Shown piece by piece: positions 12,300-25,512 of a DNA stretch of 64,000 bases. Positions within the stretch are counted from its first letter, which is position 1, and each line of letters starts with the position of its first letter. The translations under genes were made by a program, and so were the position numbers. Below the pieces are notes generated by a model. That model was given only the letters and a program-made list of their open reading frames with translations, searched no databases and was not told where the DNA came from. Origin of the DNA: Geosiphon pyriformis uo1 (taxonomy: Eukaryota; Fungi; Glomeromycota); contig JAAOMT010000703.1 in assembly GCA_016748015.1 (NCBI GenBank), positions 742,255 through 806,254 on the forward strand. The letters run 5' to 3'.

Positions 12300-14342
12300 T
12301 TATCCTTTCCAAAGAGATTAAGCTTTAGTATAATTAATTTATTTATAGAATATTTTATTTAAAAAATTTTATCTAACTCAAAACTAATTAGTTTAATAAA
12401 GTTTTTTGTGAATAGAATGTATAGTACTTAAGGTAAAATAAGCTTTATATCTAAGAAACCAAATTTTTGTATAATAGTATTGGCTTTTTTTACAATGCTT
12501 AAAACTTTTAAGACATTTAATTATATAATACCAAAAGTTTTTACTTGTATTTTTGAAGTTGTTTTTTTTATGAGCTTTATATTTTCTATAATTTCACTAA
12601 GACAACTATAAAGCTTTAGTTGTTTTTTATATAACAAGTTTTTGTCTATAAACAAAATTTCTTTAATTGTTTTTTCAATTATAATAAAAGATGTAAATAT
12701 TACTGCTGTTATATTTTTTAGCAGATACTTATCTATTTTATTATCAATTTTTTCTCTTTTAGTAATGGTTTTTTTTGGTTTAATAATAGTATGTGTTCTA
12801 TTATTATTAATTATAATGATTTGTTTTTTAATAGTCAGAGTAGCATTTGAATAATTTTTGATTCAATACTTATAGAGAATATAGAAAGCATTTTGAATGT
12901 TTTAATCCAGAAAATAATTGTTTATATTGATTGAAAATATCTCTGTTTTAGAAATAATCCATTTATTTATATCTGATTTTTGCTAATTATTTGGATTAAT
13001 ATTATTATAACAGATAACTAATTAGGTCTTTTGTAATATTTCTTAAATTATTTGTTATAAACAAAGTAATTATTGAAAATTGTTCCATATTAATCTTGTA
13101 GAATATATAAACTATTGTTCAAAACTTTGTTAATTAAATAAGGGCTTTTCTATTGGCTAAAAAATTTATTACTATAGATATTGTCTTTGTTTGAGCAATA
13201 TTCTAAAACTAAGTTACCAATACTTAAGAAAAGTGTTTTATAGATTTTTTTTTAAGCTTTTTTTGGAACTGTTTTATTTTTTTAAAGACAATTATTTATG
13301 TTTTTATTAAGGAGTCAAGAATAATATCAAGTTTTTTTTGCAAAATGTTTTTGTAATCTTTTATTATTATTTCTTTAAAGAATATTGTCTTAATATTAGT
13401 TTTTATTGATAAAATTGTTATTTGTCTATAGAATAAATAAAAAATTTTATAATTTGTTATGTTATAATTTACAGTCTTATAAGCAAACAAAGCTAAAGGC
13501 AGTATTTTGTTTTATAAGTTTGTTTTTTACTGGTTTTGGCTAAAGTTTACATAGAGTTCTATTGAAATGTTTCATTAAGCTATTTGTTTAAGAGTAATAA
13601 GAAAAAAAAAGTTTATAACATTGTTACTTATAAAAATTAGAAATTATAATAATAAGTAAAATAGCCAATTAGAAATAGGCATAGTAAAATGAAAAATTCC
13701 AGAATTTTTCTCAGAAAATTACAGTATTACAGAATTTTAAGATTCTTTTCAAGAAATTGCATAATTACAGAATTCCAGAATTTTTTTTAAATAATTGTAG
13801 GATTTCAAAGAATCTTGTATAATACAAATTATATATATATAGTAAGAATATTAGAAGTAAAAAAGAAATATTCAACTTAGATAGAACAGTAACTAGTAAT
13901 AACTACTTATCTTTACCTCTTCTTTCAAAAAATAATTTTTTATAACTTGAAGTGGAAACCCATTAATCAATAAAAATATCTAATTACCATCTAATTCATG
14001 TTATTTTTACTTGATTAAAAATATTAATTACTTTCTATTATTAATATTTTATGTTAATAAAATTTACTACTTAATTATATTAAATTAATAACTCTTGATC
14101 ATAACTATTAATAGAATACTAATTTCTTATTTTTTTTTCTTATTTTTTTTTATTTTATTTTGTTTTGTTTCTTTGTTGTTTACTAATTAATTAAAAAAAT
14201 TAAGCATTGAGTATTTAACATCAAGAATAATTTGGTAAAAAACCCAAAAATAAGAGTAGAAATTTAAGAATAACTTATTAGAAGGCACAACTGTCAGAAT
14301 AAACTGGCCACTATGTTAAAAAAAATTCACAGAAGAAACCAT

Positions 14343-17300
14343 TGTTACAAGTAAACTTGGTGGAGTATAGTGGTAACATTTGGTGCACTAATTTAGTATT
14401 CTCAAGTTGTATGTTTTTTACAAGGTTGATGTTTATCAGTCTCTGAAGGTTTTTTCTGGATGTGAATTTACCCATTGAATTTTTTGGTTATAAGGCACAG
14501 AGTTTTGGTTTTCACTGATTGCAACTTCTTATAATGGTAAGCTTTCTTCTCTAAGTTAATGAGTGTAGTTGTTAGAGTCTAATATTGTTTTTTCACTCTT
14601 CTGATAAGCTATCAAGATAATATTAATATCCAAAAACCTAGGAAAAGCTTTTCTTTTTTACCAAGCTATCACGAAGTCTATTTCCAGATAATCAATTTTT
14701 CTATGTTGCTGTTTCACAAGAAAAAAATAAAGAAAATAAAAGAAAATAAAAGAAAATAAAGAAATAAAGAAAATAAAATAAGAAATAAGTATCTTGTCAA
14801 TAGTCATGATTAAGAGCTATTGTGCCAGCAGGTTAAGTAGTGAATAATAATATGGATTTGAAGAATTGAAGAAATATTTTATTAATATAATTCTATTTTG
14901 GTTGATAGCAATTATTCTTAAAAGGAGAAGTATTTAATAATTATGGCCTGTAAGTCTAATTAACTTCTGAAAGTCTAATTTTTTCTCTGGATGTCTTTTT
15001 AACTTCTACAGCTACTCATTTTTATACATTCTTTTTGTTCTACAGGATTGCTTTTGATTGCTTTACTATTGCTAGCTATTGTTTTGTTATTGCTAGCTAT
15101 TGCTCGTTATTGCTAGCTATTGCTTGTTATTGCTCGTTATTGCTTGTTATTGCTAGCTATTGCTTGTTATTGCTAGCTATTGCTTGTTATTGCTAATTAT
15201 TGCTTGTTATTGCTAATTATTACTCATTATTACTAGTTATTGCTCATTATTGCTAGCTATTGCTTGCATTTGTCCTGTGTTACCTTAAATTGTACTGTAT
15301 TTTTCTTGTCACATTTCTTTGTCACATTTTTCTATAGCTTTTTGGTTTTTCTACTTAGGTAACATTATTCCTCTTTTTTTAAAATTGAGTTCCTGCAAAA
15401 TCATCTATTTTTCTCTCTTGTCTCCATGTTGTTGCTGTAATTTCTATTGCTATTTTTAAATCTATTTTGGTATATAAATGGTGTTTTTAAACTATAAGAG
15501 TCTGTCCAAGATATCTAATTTCAAATCCTGCATTTGTATTATGTGCACATTTAGCCATAATGCTCTTATTATTATCACTGAATTGAGTTAATTCCTGCTC
15601 CATTGTAAGATCTAGAAGCATGATATATTGTTTAGTGTTTAAATCATTGTTGTCATTATTAGTAGAATTTGAATCATTATTGTCATCATCAATGAAATTT
15701 GAATTGGGATTAAGTTCCGATTCCAATTCTCGCTGATTGGCTTGTCTTCCTCAGAGTTCAAATATATAATGTGTGGAAGTAGATTATGACTTAGGGCCAT
15801 CAGGTAAGTTTTGATGATTTGTTGATCAATTTTGGTACTGCTAATTCTCAAAATTTTTTTTCTTCTCTAAATTTTTTTCATATTGACACTTTCCTAGTGC
15901 TGACTTTTGGCATAGAAGAAGGCAGTCTTTGCACAGATAAGTATAAATCTGGATAGTTTTTTTTTGGAATTTTTTCAACAGGTCTTTAAATAATTGGAGT
16001 TTTGAATTTCTAGAGGTTTGATGGGTTTTATCTAAGGTAAGTTTTCTTGTACAATAGTGGGATTGGATTTATTGGGTTTTGAATGTTCAGGTTTTGAATA
16101 ATTGAGTCTTAAATAATCAGAGTTTTAACTTTAACAAGTTTTACTGAAGGTAAGTTTTTTCCTATACTAGTGAAGTTGGAATTTATTGGGTTTCAAATAT
16201 TTGGGTTTTGAACTATCAGGTCTTAAAAAATTGGAGTTTTAATGAGTTTTATCGAAGGTAAGTTTTTTTATACAATAGTAAGGTTAGAATTATTGGGTTT
16301 TAAATAATTTTTGGAGTTTTTAATTTAACGAGTTTATTAAAGATAAGTTCTTTATATGATAGTGAGGTTGAAATTATCAGATTTTGAATAATTTTTGGAG
16401 TTTTTAATTTAATGAGTTTATCAAAGATAAGTTCTTTATATAATAACAGAGTTGAAATCATCAGGCTTTGAATAATTTTCAGAGTTTTTTTTAATTTTAA
16501 CAAGTTTTTGAATGATTGGGTCTTGAATAATCAGAGTTTTAATTTGACAAGTTTTACAAGTTTATCAAAGATAAGTTTCGAATGTTCAGGGTTTTAATAA
16601 TCAGGTTTTGAATAATTGGAGTTTTAATTTAATAAGTTTTTCAAAGGAAATGCTAAAATAAGAACTTTGCAAATCCTAAGTAATTTTTTCCTTGTTTTTT
16701 CTTGGTCTTTCACTTTTGTGAATTTCTGGGGGGCTCAGTCTCTGTAAATTTATAACCTCACAGAGAACACCAAATGTTATGGATAAACTTGGTAGGATAT
16801 GGTAATAACATTTAGTGCTCTAATTTAGTATTCTCAGATTATATGTTTTTCACAGGGTTAATGTTTATTAGTCTCTAAAGGTCTTTTCTGAATGTGAATT
16901 TATCCATTGAGTTCTTTGATTATAAGGCACAGAGTTTTGGTTTTTACTGATTGCAACTTCTTATAATGGTGAGCTTTTTTCTCTGAACTAATAAGCACAG
17001 TTATTAGAATGCAGCATTGTTTTTTTGCCTTTCTGGTAAGCTATCAAGATAATGTTAATATCCAAAAACCTAGAGAGAGCTTCCCTCTTTTACCAGGCTA
17101 TCATGAAGTCTATTCCCAGACAGTCAATTTTTCTATGTTGCTGCTCTACAAGAGAAAAATAAAAAAAATAAAAAAAAATAAAAAAACAAAGAAAATAAAA
17201 TAAGAAATAAGTGTCCTGTTAATAGCTATAATTAAGAGCTATTGTACCAGCAGATTAAGTAGTGAATAATAACATGGATTTAAAGAATTGAAAAAATATT

Positions 17301-17746
17301 TTATTAATATAATTCTATTTCAGTTGATAGCAACTATCCTTGAAAAGAGAAGTATTTAATAATTATGATTTATAAGTCTAATTGACTTCTGAAAGTCTAA
17401 TTTTCTCTCTAGATGTCTTTTTAACTTCTATAGCTACTTGTTTTTATACATTTTTTTTGTTCTACAAGATTGCTTTTGATTGCTTTACTATTGCTAGCTA
17501 TTGTTTTGTTATTGCTAACTATTGCTTGTTATTATTAGCTATTGCTCTTTATTGCTAGCTATTGCTCATTATTGCTAATTATTGCTTGTTATTGCTAGCT
17601 ATTGCTCATTATTACTAGTTATTACTCGTTATTGCTAGCTATTGCTCATGTTTGTCTTGTGTTACTTTGAGTTGTACTGCATTTTTCTTGTCACATTTTT
17701 TTGTCACATTTTTTCATAGCTTTTTAGTTTTTCTATTTGAATAATA
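14343..17746 (-). mobile_element. Non-autonomous LTR element D (LTRs 14343-15364 and 16775-17746; 1.4 kb internal region), TSD CCAT
   Basis: Two ~1 kb direct repeats; CCAT at 14339-14342 and 17747-17750; PBS 16756-16772; PPT 15365-15380; only Cys-domain and dUTPase stubs inside. Confidence 0.9.
15975..16650. repeat. Degenerate tandem repeat array (roughly 85-120 bp units) inside element D
   Basis: Recurrent aataattggagttttaattt...aaggtaagttt...atagtgaggttg blocks. Confidence 0.8.
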
Positions 17747-20700
17747 CCATCAATTGAATTTCTATCCATTATATAAAGAACTCAACCAAAATCTTTAAAC
17801 TTTAAAATCTTTAGAAATTACCAATATTACCAGCTATTAAGCACCAAGTTACAGATTTATTATTTGTTTTAACATCTCAAATAATTTTTTGTAATAACAT
17901 ATTTCTATTTTTCTACAAAGTTTTTCAACCAGAGTATTAAAAAAAGTTTTTTTTCTGTCAAATAAAATTTTTTAGAGCAGCCATAGTAATAAATTATATC
18001 TTTATAAATAAAATTGGCAATAAAAACTGTTATTTAATTGGAAATGGCTTTTGTTTCTACCCACTTTGTAAGATAATCAGTAGCTGTGATAATATATTTG
18101 TTGTCATTAAAAATTAGTTTTAAAGATCTAATAACATTTATACCAATTTTGTTAAATAGTTAATTAACAGAGATTAAATAAATATTTTCTTTGCAATTGG
18201 GGGGGTTTTTTTTTTAACAGATATCACAGATTTTAATATATTTAACAATGTTTTTTCCTAAAGTAGACTAATAATAGTAAGCTAAAAATTTTCTGATTGT
18301 TTTTGTTTTTTCAAAGTGTTTAACTAATAAATTAGTATATATATTGTAAATTACAATTTTTTTTTCTTCAAATTTGATAATTTCTGAAAGCAGTTAGGAT
18401 TTTTTTTATTTCTTTTGTAAAGTTGGTTCTAATGAATCAAATAAAAATTTGATTGTTTTCACAATTGTTTTTTTTGCTGTTAAGTATAGTTTAATGAATA
18501 TTGTCTTTTATCCAAAAATTTTATTAAAATAAAATAGTTGTCCAAGTTTATTATCATGTTTATTTATAGAGAATTACTAATAATTAAGTTAGTTTGGTTT
18601 GTAAAGATTGTATTATTACTAAATAATAAGTCTAAAAAAAGTGTTAACATTTTAATAATTAACTCTTTTGTGATATTGTATATTATAGTTAAATTCATTT
18701 AGATAAAGTATTAAGTAAGTAATTTGTTTGTGTTCTAATTTTTTTTTTATACAGCCAACCAAAACTTAATAATCTGTTACTACCAAGAATTTGGCACCAA
18801 AAAGATATTTATTCCAATAACTAGTAGTCCATATTACTGCCAAGTATTATTGTTCAGTAATTGAGTAGTTTTATTCTACTGGGGAAAATGATTAGCTGGC
18901 ATAAACTATAATATGTTTTTTGTTATCTTTATTTTTCTGAAAGAAAACAGCACCAAGTTTAAAGCCAGATGTATTAGTGTAAAAAATAAAAGATTGGTTT
19001 AGATTAAGTTGCATAAAAATTGATTCAATAACTAGTTTTTCTTTCAAAATTTTAAAAATTTTTTGTTGATATATGTCTCAATAGTAATTAACAGTTTTTT
19101 TGAATAGACAATTAAGAAAAAAGATAATTTTGAAGAAATCTTTAACAAATTTGTGATAATAAGAAACCAAACCAAGAAAAAAACATAATTTATGAATATT
19201 CATTAATTGTTTAATGTTTTGAACTTTTTCAATCTTGGGTAGATCAGAAAAAATTTTATCTTTTATAATAAAATAACCAAAAACCTGAGTAGATTATTAT
19301 CCAAAGAAAGATTTGATTGGATTGATTTTGAGACCAGTATTTCTAAACAAGTCAAAAATTTTTTGCAAATGATTAAAGTGTTTATCCTAGGTTTTTGAGT
19401 ATACTATTATATTGTTTAAGTAAACTAAAACAAAGTTTTTTTTGACTGATTTAAATACTTTGTTCATAAGGCATTAAAAGGTAAAAAAAGCATTAATAAG
19501 ACTAAAGAGCATAATTGTAAATTTGTATATATTATACTTAATAATAAAGACAGTTTTTTTTTGCTTTCTGAATTTATTTTTACTTGCCAAAATTCAGCAG
19601 TTAAATTAATAATTAAGAAAAAAATAGCACTATTAAATTGATTTAGTATTATATTAATTTTAGAAAATAAGTATATGTTTCTTTCAGTAATAGTATTTAA
19701 TTGGCAATAATTAACACAAAAGCATAAAATTCCACTTTTTTTGAATATTATTACAACTGAAAATGTTCATTTACTCTTGATTTTTTGTATAAATTCAAGA
19801 TTTTTTATCTAATTTATTTCTTTCTTGATAAATTTATTATTGTAACAGTTGAACTGATAAAATTTTAAATAAATAGGACAAATTTTTTTGGTGGTGATAA
19901 TATATTGTATTACATGAGTTTATCCAAAGATATTATCTTTTTTTAAGATAACTGGGCTATTTTTAGCCAATAAATTTTTAATGTTCACTTTTTTTTTTTT
20001 TAAGAAAAGTTTTCTTTGTTCTATTATTATTAATTGAATTTTTGATAGTTTATTCTTAAAAAAATTTTTTACTTTTATTTTTTTTGGGGTATTAAGCTGA
20101 TTGATTTTTAATTTTTGTAATAAATCAGACAAAACTTGTATTTATTATTAAGAAAATACAATAGTTTATTGTATCAGTATCAAACACAAAGACTATATCA
20201 CTAATAATTGTATTTAATTTTCTTATTGGGCTTTTTATCAAAGGTTTTTTTAAAAATATTATAGTAAGGCCAGCAAATTAGCTTGTTATTTACAATGATT
20301 CTTTTTTTGTCAGCTTTAATATTATCTAGTGGCTTGTCATTACTGGTAAAAGTAATATAGATAAGTTCAGTAGTTTTTTTTTGTTTTTTTTGTTTTTTAC
20401 TTTTTTTATTATTTGATTTATCTGATTGTTTTTTTTTTTGGTTCTGCTTGAATACTAGAAAAGTTGTTTAATAGCAATATTTAACCACAATAGATTTTTT
20501 ATCATATTTAATAATTAATTTACAAAGTTCATAATTATTTGTTATCTTAAGCCATTCATTGTCAACAATTATAGTGTATTTTTTTGTTTCAAATACTTCT
20601 ATATCAGTTTTAATGCTGATGTTATTAATACAAACAGAAACAGCTTTGGTAATACCAAGTTCTTTCTTTTTATTATTGTGCACATTAATTATAGATTTGG

Positions 20701-22797
20701 TTAAAAATTTATTTATTTTTCTGCTAATAGCTTTAAAAAAGTATTTGGCAATGACACTAACAGATAATTTACTGTCTAAAATTAAAGTCAATAAAATATT
20801 TAACCACTTGGGCTTTGTAAATTAAAGGTGTGATATTGCTGTTGTCAGCAAATTCAGCTTAAAAAAAATGTTTATTGGTTTTTAGTGTCTTTTTTTTAGG
20901 ATTAAAGATTTGTGAAAATCTTTTCTGAATTGGTAATGGGTTATTAACTGGCCAAAGATAATATAAGCTGGTGTTTTCATAAAATTTTTAACAACAAAAT
21001 AAGAACCAGATTTTTGTACAATTTTTGGAGATTTTAGCTTTAAAAAATTCTTAAAGATTTTTACTTTTAATGGCTTATTATTATCAACAGTTAATGTAAA
21101 AACTTTATTGAGATTTAGAGCAAAATCAATCTTTGCTTTTTTTTTCTTTTCGAGTTAGTAAAATTAATAGCCAGCTTATTTATATTATGGTCATTATTAA
21201 TTAAGTTAAAGACATAAAAAGAGTTTTTTTCTGTTTGGCTTGTACTCTTACCTTTTGCAAATATGTCTACTAGTTTAAAGACTAATAAACAATGACTTTA
21301 ACTAAGAAATCCTTTTTAAAGAAATTAATGTTGATCTAATTAGATTTTTGATTAGAAATATTATTGTTATTAAGTCTGTTGTTTTGAATTACATTGTTTT
21401 TAGAAGCTAAAAAAAGCAAAAAAGAATTGTTGTAATTTCTTGAAAAATGTTCAGTTAATTTACAGTAATAACATACAGATGGGTCATGATTTTGTTGTTT
21501 TTAATAAGATGATTGCTAAAGCTAATTAAAATAAAGTTCAAATTTGGATCTTTGAGATTGTTAATTTTTTCTAACTGCTTGGACTAAAAATTCCAGTAAC
21601 CAAGCAAAATTGGCTATAAGTTTATTTATTAATTGTTTATTAAGATCTTGGATTTGGTAAGCAAAAAAAATAATATCTATTTGGAAAACAAAAGCCAGAA
21701 TAAGAGCAAGAGCAAAAACTAAAAGTGTAGATTTCAAGTGCATTCTTTAATTGTCTTCAATTTTTTGTGCAAGCTTAATAGTCATATCCATTGTGCAATT
21801 ATTTTTCAGAACCAAAAAAAGCCAAAGAGCATATAAAATCTTTTGTTTTTCTGTTCAATTTCTTCCAAAATCTACTTATTTAATTAATTTTTTGATTGCT
21901 TTGGCATATTTGATTACAACTTTACCAGAATCTTGAGTTCTTTTTTTTAGTTTTATGTGCCACTTGAATATTAAAATTGGGTTTTTGAATTTGGTTTAAA
22001 GCTAAATAGTGAAAAAGATATTTAATTTTCCAGTATTAATTGGTTTTTATTTAATAATTCTTTAAAGAACATCAGTATTAATTTTTTGTAAAAACCAGAT
22101 AACAAAAAAGTCTTAAAAGTAGCCACCAACAATTTAAAACTTGTATTCATTATTATATTGGTTGGCTGTAATAGCTCTCTTAAAGTAATTCAATTATTTA
22201 ATTGAATCTTGTATATTATCTCTAAATAATAGTAATAAGACATTGTTTTTTTGTTTTAAAGCAGTTTGTATATTTTAAAAAATAGCCAGAATTTTTGCTT
22301 ACATAGAATTAACAGTTATTGATTTAGAAGTAGCTGTTTGAGTAAAAGAGTTTAATTTACTTAAGAAAAAATCAAAAATAAAAGTGGTTTAGTAATTTTT
22401 TTCTTCTGTTTTAAAAGGAGTTTTAGTTAACTAATGAGCAGTAATTCAAGTGTAAATTTGATAATTCAGATATTCGAAATCAGAAGACTGTTGTTCAAAA
22501 GTTATTAAGTATAAAAGCTGATTAATGTTGTTGTTTTTTTTTAAAGATTTCTTCAAAGTAAGCTTAATCAAGAAAATAGATAGTATATATTGTATAGGTT
22601 TCAGCTAAATACTAAATTGTTTTTCAACAAAGAAACAAATCAAGCAAAAGAGCAGAAGATTAAGTTCAATAAAATTTAGGTTATTTCTGTTGTATACTGC
22701 AAAGTATTTTTCTGATTGTTGTGACAAGTATAAATAATCACCCATATAATAAAAAAATAAATAAATTTTAACAATCTTACAGAGAACACTATTTTTA

Positions 22798-23569
22798 TAT
22801 TATGAGTTAGAATAACAAATTAATGAATAGCAAGGAAAAACAAGATTGTAGAGTAATAGAATTAATCAAAGAAGATTTAATTTTAAGGAACAAATTGAAT
22901 AAGTATAAATTTAATATACAAGATTAGTCTTATAAAATATCTTAGTTACTATTCTTTTCAAAGAATAACCAGAAAATCTGAAGTAAAAAAATAGTCTATA
23001 CTGTCAACAAATAATAACACATTGGTATAATTCTATGCTTCATATCAGCACTCTTAGAATTTAATATTAGATATTAAATGTACTTTTTAGTCATATTTTA
23101 TTCAATAATTTTCAAATGCTACAATTATACAAGTCAAAAAAAGAGTAAGTAAATGCCAACAAGTAATTTTTTATTTCAAGATATTCAAATATTTAAAGAT
23201 AAAGAAAAAGGAATAAGCAATAGAAAAAAAATTAAGATAATAGTTATTATTTTATTTATTTTTGATTAATTGCTATATGCTTTTTTATATTTAAAAGACT
23301 CATTATTTATATAACTATTAAAAGTAGTTAATGATTAAATTAATAATTAAGGTTAATAATTAGGTCAATAATTAGGTTAATAATTAAATCAATAATTAAA
23401 TCAACAATTAAGTTATTGATTAGATCAATAATTAAGTTAATAATTAAGTTAATAGTTAATTTATTGATCAAATCAATAATTATTATCTAAAAATAAGATG
23501 GTTAATTATATGATATCAGTAGCTAATACATGTGATAATTAATAAAAACTATGAATTTTAACTGTAATA
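22798..23569 (-). repeat. 5' LTR of Gypsy C, with a 12-mer array at about 23325-23480
   Basis: Colinear with 11608-12299; adjoins the PBS. Confidence 0.85.
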
Positions 23570-23660
23570 ATATAAAGAAAAAAACTTTTTTCTCTCCTTC
23601 ATCCCAAATTCCCAAAAAAAAGTCAAAAGTTTTAGTGAAAGAAGTTTTTAGCCATTCAGT

Positions 23661-25512
23661 ATGACAAATCCAAACTGTTTTTTGATTTCAAAGTCACTGC
23701 TGGCCCTACTATTGCTGTCATAAAGAAAGTTGCAAAAGATTCTGGTGCTGGTGGTAGTTTTGGACCTGTTCTATCAAGAAAGAAAAAAAAGAGTGATGTT
23801 TTGGCTAAGAGTGTTTTGGTAGAAGGAAGTGTTATTAAAACAACTGGAAATCACTCACGAAATTCTGAGACTGGTAACACTACTGAGTCTGAGAGTGTTA
23901 ACATGGAGGAAGAGTGTCTTATTGAGGAGACCAATATTAATTATGATAAAAGGGATGTATTTGATGGTGGGAACTCCAACCAAACACTGAAGAGCTCAGG
24001 TATCAAAATTAAGACCAAGAAAGTATTGGGCAAAATCAACTTTGAGGATAACTTTGATAATGATAATTTTCTGGATGAGTCTGTCTTCCTTCCATCTCCT
24101 TTTCTGCTTAAACCTTTAGATTATGTTTCTGTTCACAAATCCTTTACTTTGGATATTGATTTGGTGGCTGTTGCTGGGAAATCCTCTCAGAAAAAATTGA
24201 ATTTTATCAAGAAAATTTTTTCAGATGTGAATGGTTTTGGGGGGGTCTCTACCCCCTCAAAATTTGGTGGGATAATTCATGTGACTTTTACTTCTGAAAT
24301 AGCAATGATAGCTGCAGGAAAATTGGCTCATGATTGTGGTGTTGTGGTAAACACCAATCTTAAGTGTCCAGTAAACAATTGTACAAATTGGGATATTGTG
24401 ATTAAGAAGATTCCTGTTGGTACATTGATTAAGGCGGTGCGTGCAGCTGTTTCTGAATTTGAAGTTGTTGTGTCAATCAAAATGCAGTTGGTAAGGCTGT
24501 GGCAAAAAGCAATTGTCACTTTGGGAGATTCTGATCAGGCTGATTTGTTGGCATCCAAGTGGTTTATCCTTATCAGGAAAGATGTGGTCTGAGTGGCCAG
24601 AGCTAATGTGAATAAACAGACATGAGATTCCAGAGATGAGTTTAAGGGATTGCTTTACACTTTTCCTGTGGAAACCAATGCACATGATCTTTGGGATTTT
24701 ATTGGTTCAGTAGATGGAAAAACATGTGTCATCGAGCACAATTCAGTTAACTACACTCAGGCACACTGCACCACAGTGTGTTTTGAGTTTGAGAGTGATC
24801 TAAATCAGGCTTTGGCCAACACTTTAGTGATAAATGGTGTCAGACTCTGTTGGTCACACCTGTTTGCTGTCTTGTATTCCTCTTGCAATTCTCTTGGTCA
24901 TACATCTAGGAATTGTAAATTAGCTGATGTGTTTTCGAGTCTGAAGGGCAAGAGAGCTTTTCTTTCAGCTCAGGATTGGTTTAGATTGGTGAAAATTTAT
25001 GAAAAGAAGTCTGTTCCTGTTTTTTGTTTTTTGGCTTTTAGTGGAAAAACTTGGGCATCAGTGGTTGGTTCTATTCCTTTAGGCACTTTTTTTGGATATG
25101 ACTCTCAGCTTGGTTCTATTAGAAATGGTAAATTTCTTCCTCCAGTGATAAATGATTTAGAAAAACGTTTGGTTAGCATTGAAAGCAATCTTGTCAGTCT
25201 TGCGGGACAAATTGGTGAGTTGGCTAAGAGGTTGGAATTATTTGTGCTGGCAGTTTCCAGCCTAGCCCTGGATGTCAGCTGCCGGTGACTTCTCCATCAC
25301 AGAATCAAGAGGAGAATATAGTGATGGGAGTGGGTTCGAGTGATGTCACTAGTGACAAGACTGCTGCCATTTTGGGTTCAACTGCCTCATCTGAGGTTGT
25401 AAAATTAGAAAACATGTTGGAAGGTCTCTCTGCTTCAGTCATAAGCCTATCAGCACACTTGGATGGTTTGGTTTTGGCAGGTGGTGCTCTTTCTCTACCT
25501 CTTTCTCAATGA
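23661..25512 (+). pseudogene. LINE 2 ORF1 (RRM-like domains, CCHC knuckle, coiled-coil end)
   Basis: ORFs 23801-24592, 24650-25288 and 25285-25512; YSSCNSLGHTSRNC knuckle remnant. Confidence 0.88.

Larger units (their letters stand above)
13622..17896 (+). repeat. Solo LTR (family S) inserted in the integrase of Gypsy C, TSD ACAT; split by the nested element 14343-17746
   Basis: tgttac at 13622 and gtaata ending at 17896; ACAT at 13618-13621 and 17897-17900; the flanks rejoin to the integrase SPYHPQTNG-like region. Confidence 0.85.
11608..23569 (-). mobile_element. Old Ty3/Gypsy element C (gag-PR-RT-RH, IN), heavily AT-decayed, no dUTPase seen; TSD ATAT
   Basis: Paired LTRs; ATAT at 11604-11607 and 23570-23573; PPT at about 12300-12310; PBS at about 22776-22791; PR LILDS (20468-20791); RT at about 19300-19930; IN at 17900-18557 and 13296-13617. 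Confidence 0.88.

Noticed and set aside
12642-12854. Short I/L/F/K/N-rich ORFs in AT-rich DNA (also 16300-16503, 17009-17203, 19920-20132)
   Set aside because: Composition is explained by AT-saturated transposon remnants
15065-16650. Repeat arrays that might suggest CRISPR
   Set aside because: No unique spacers, no cas genes, and eukaryotic LTR context
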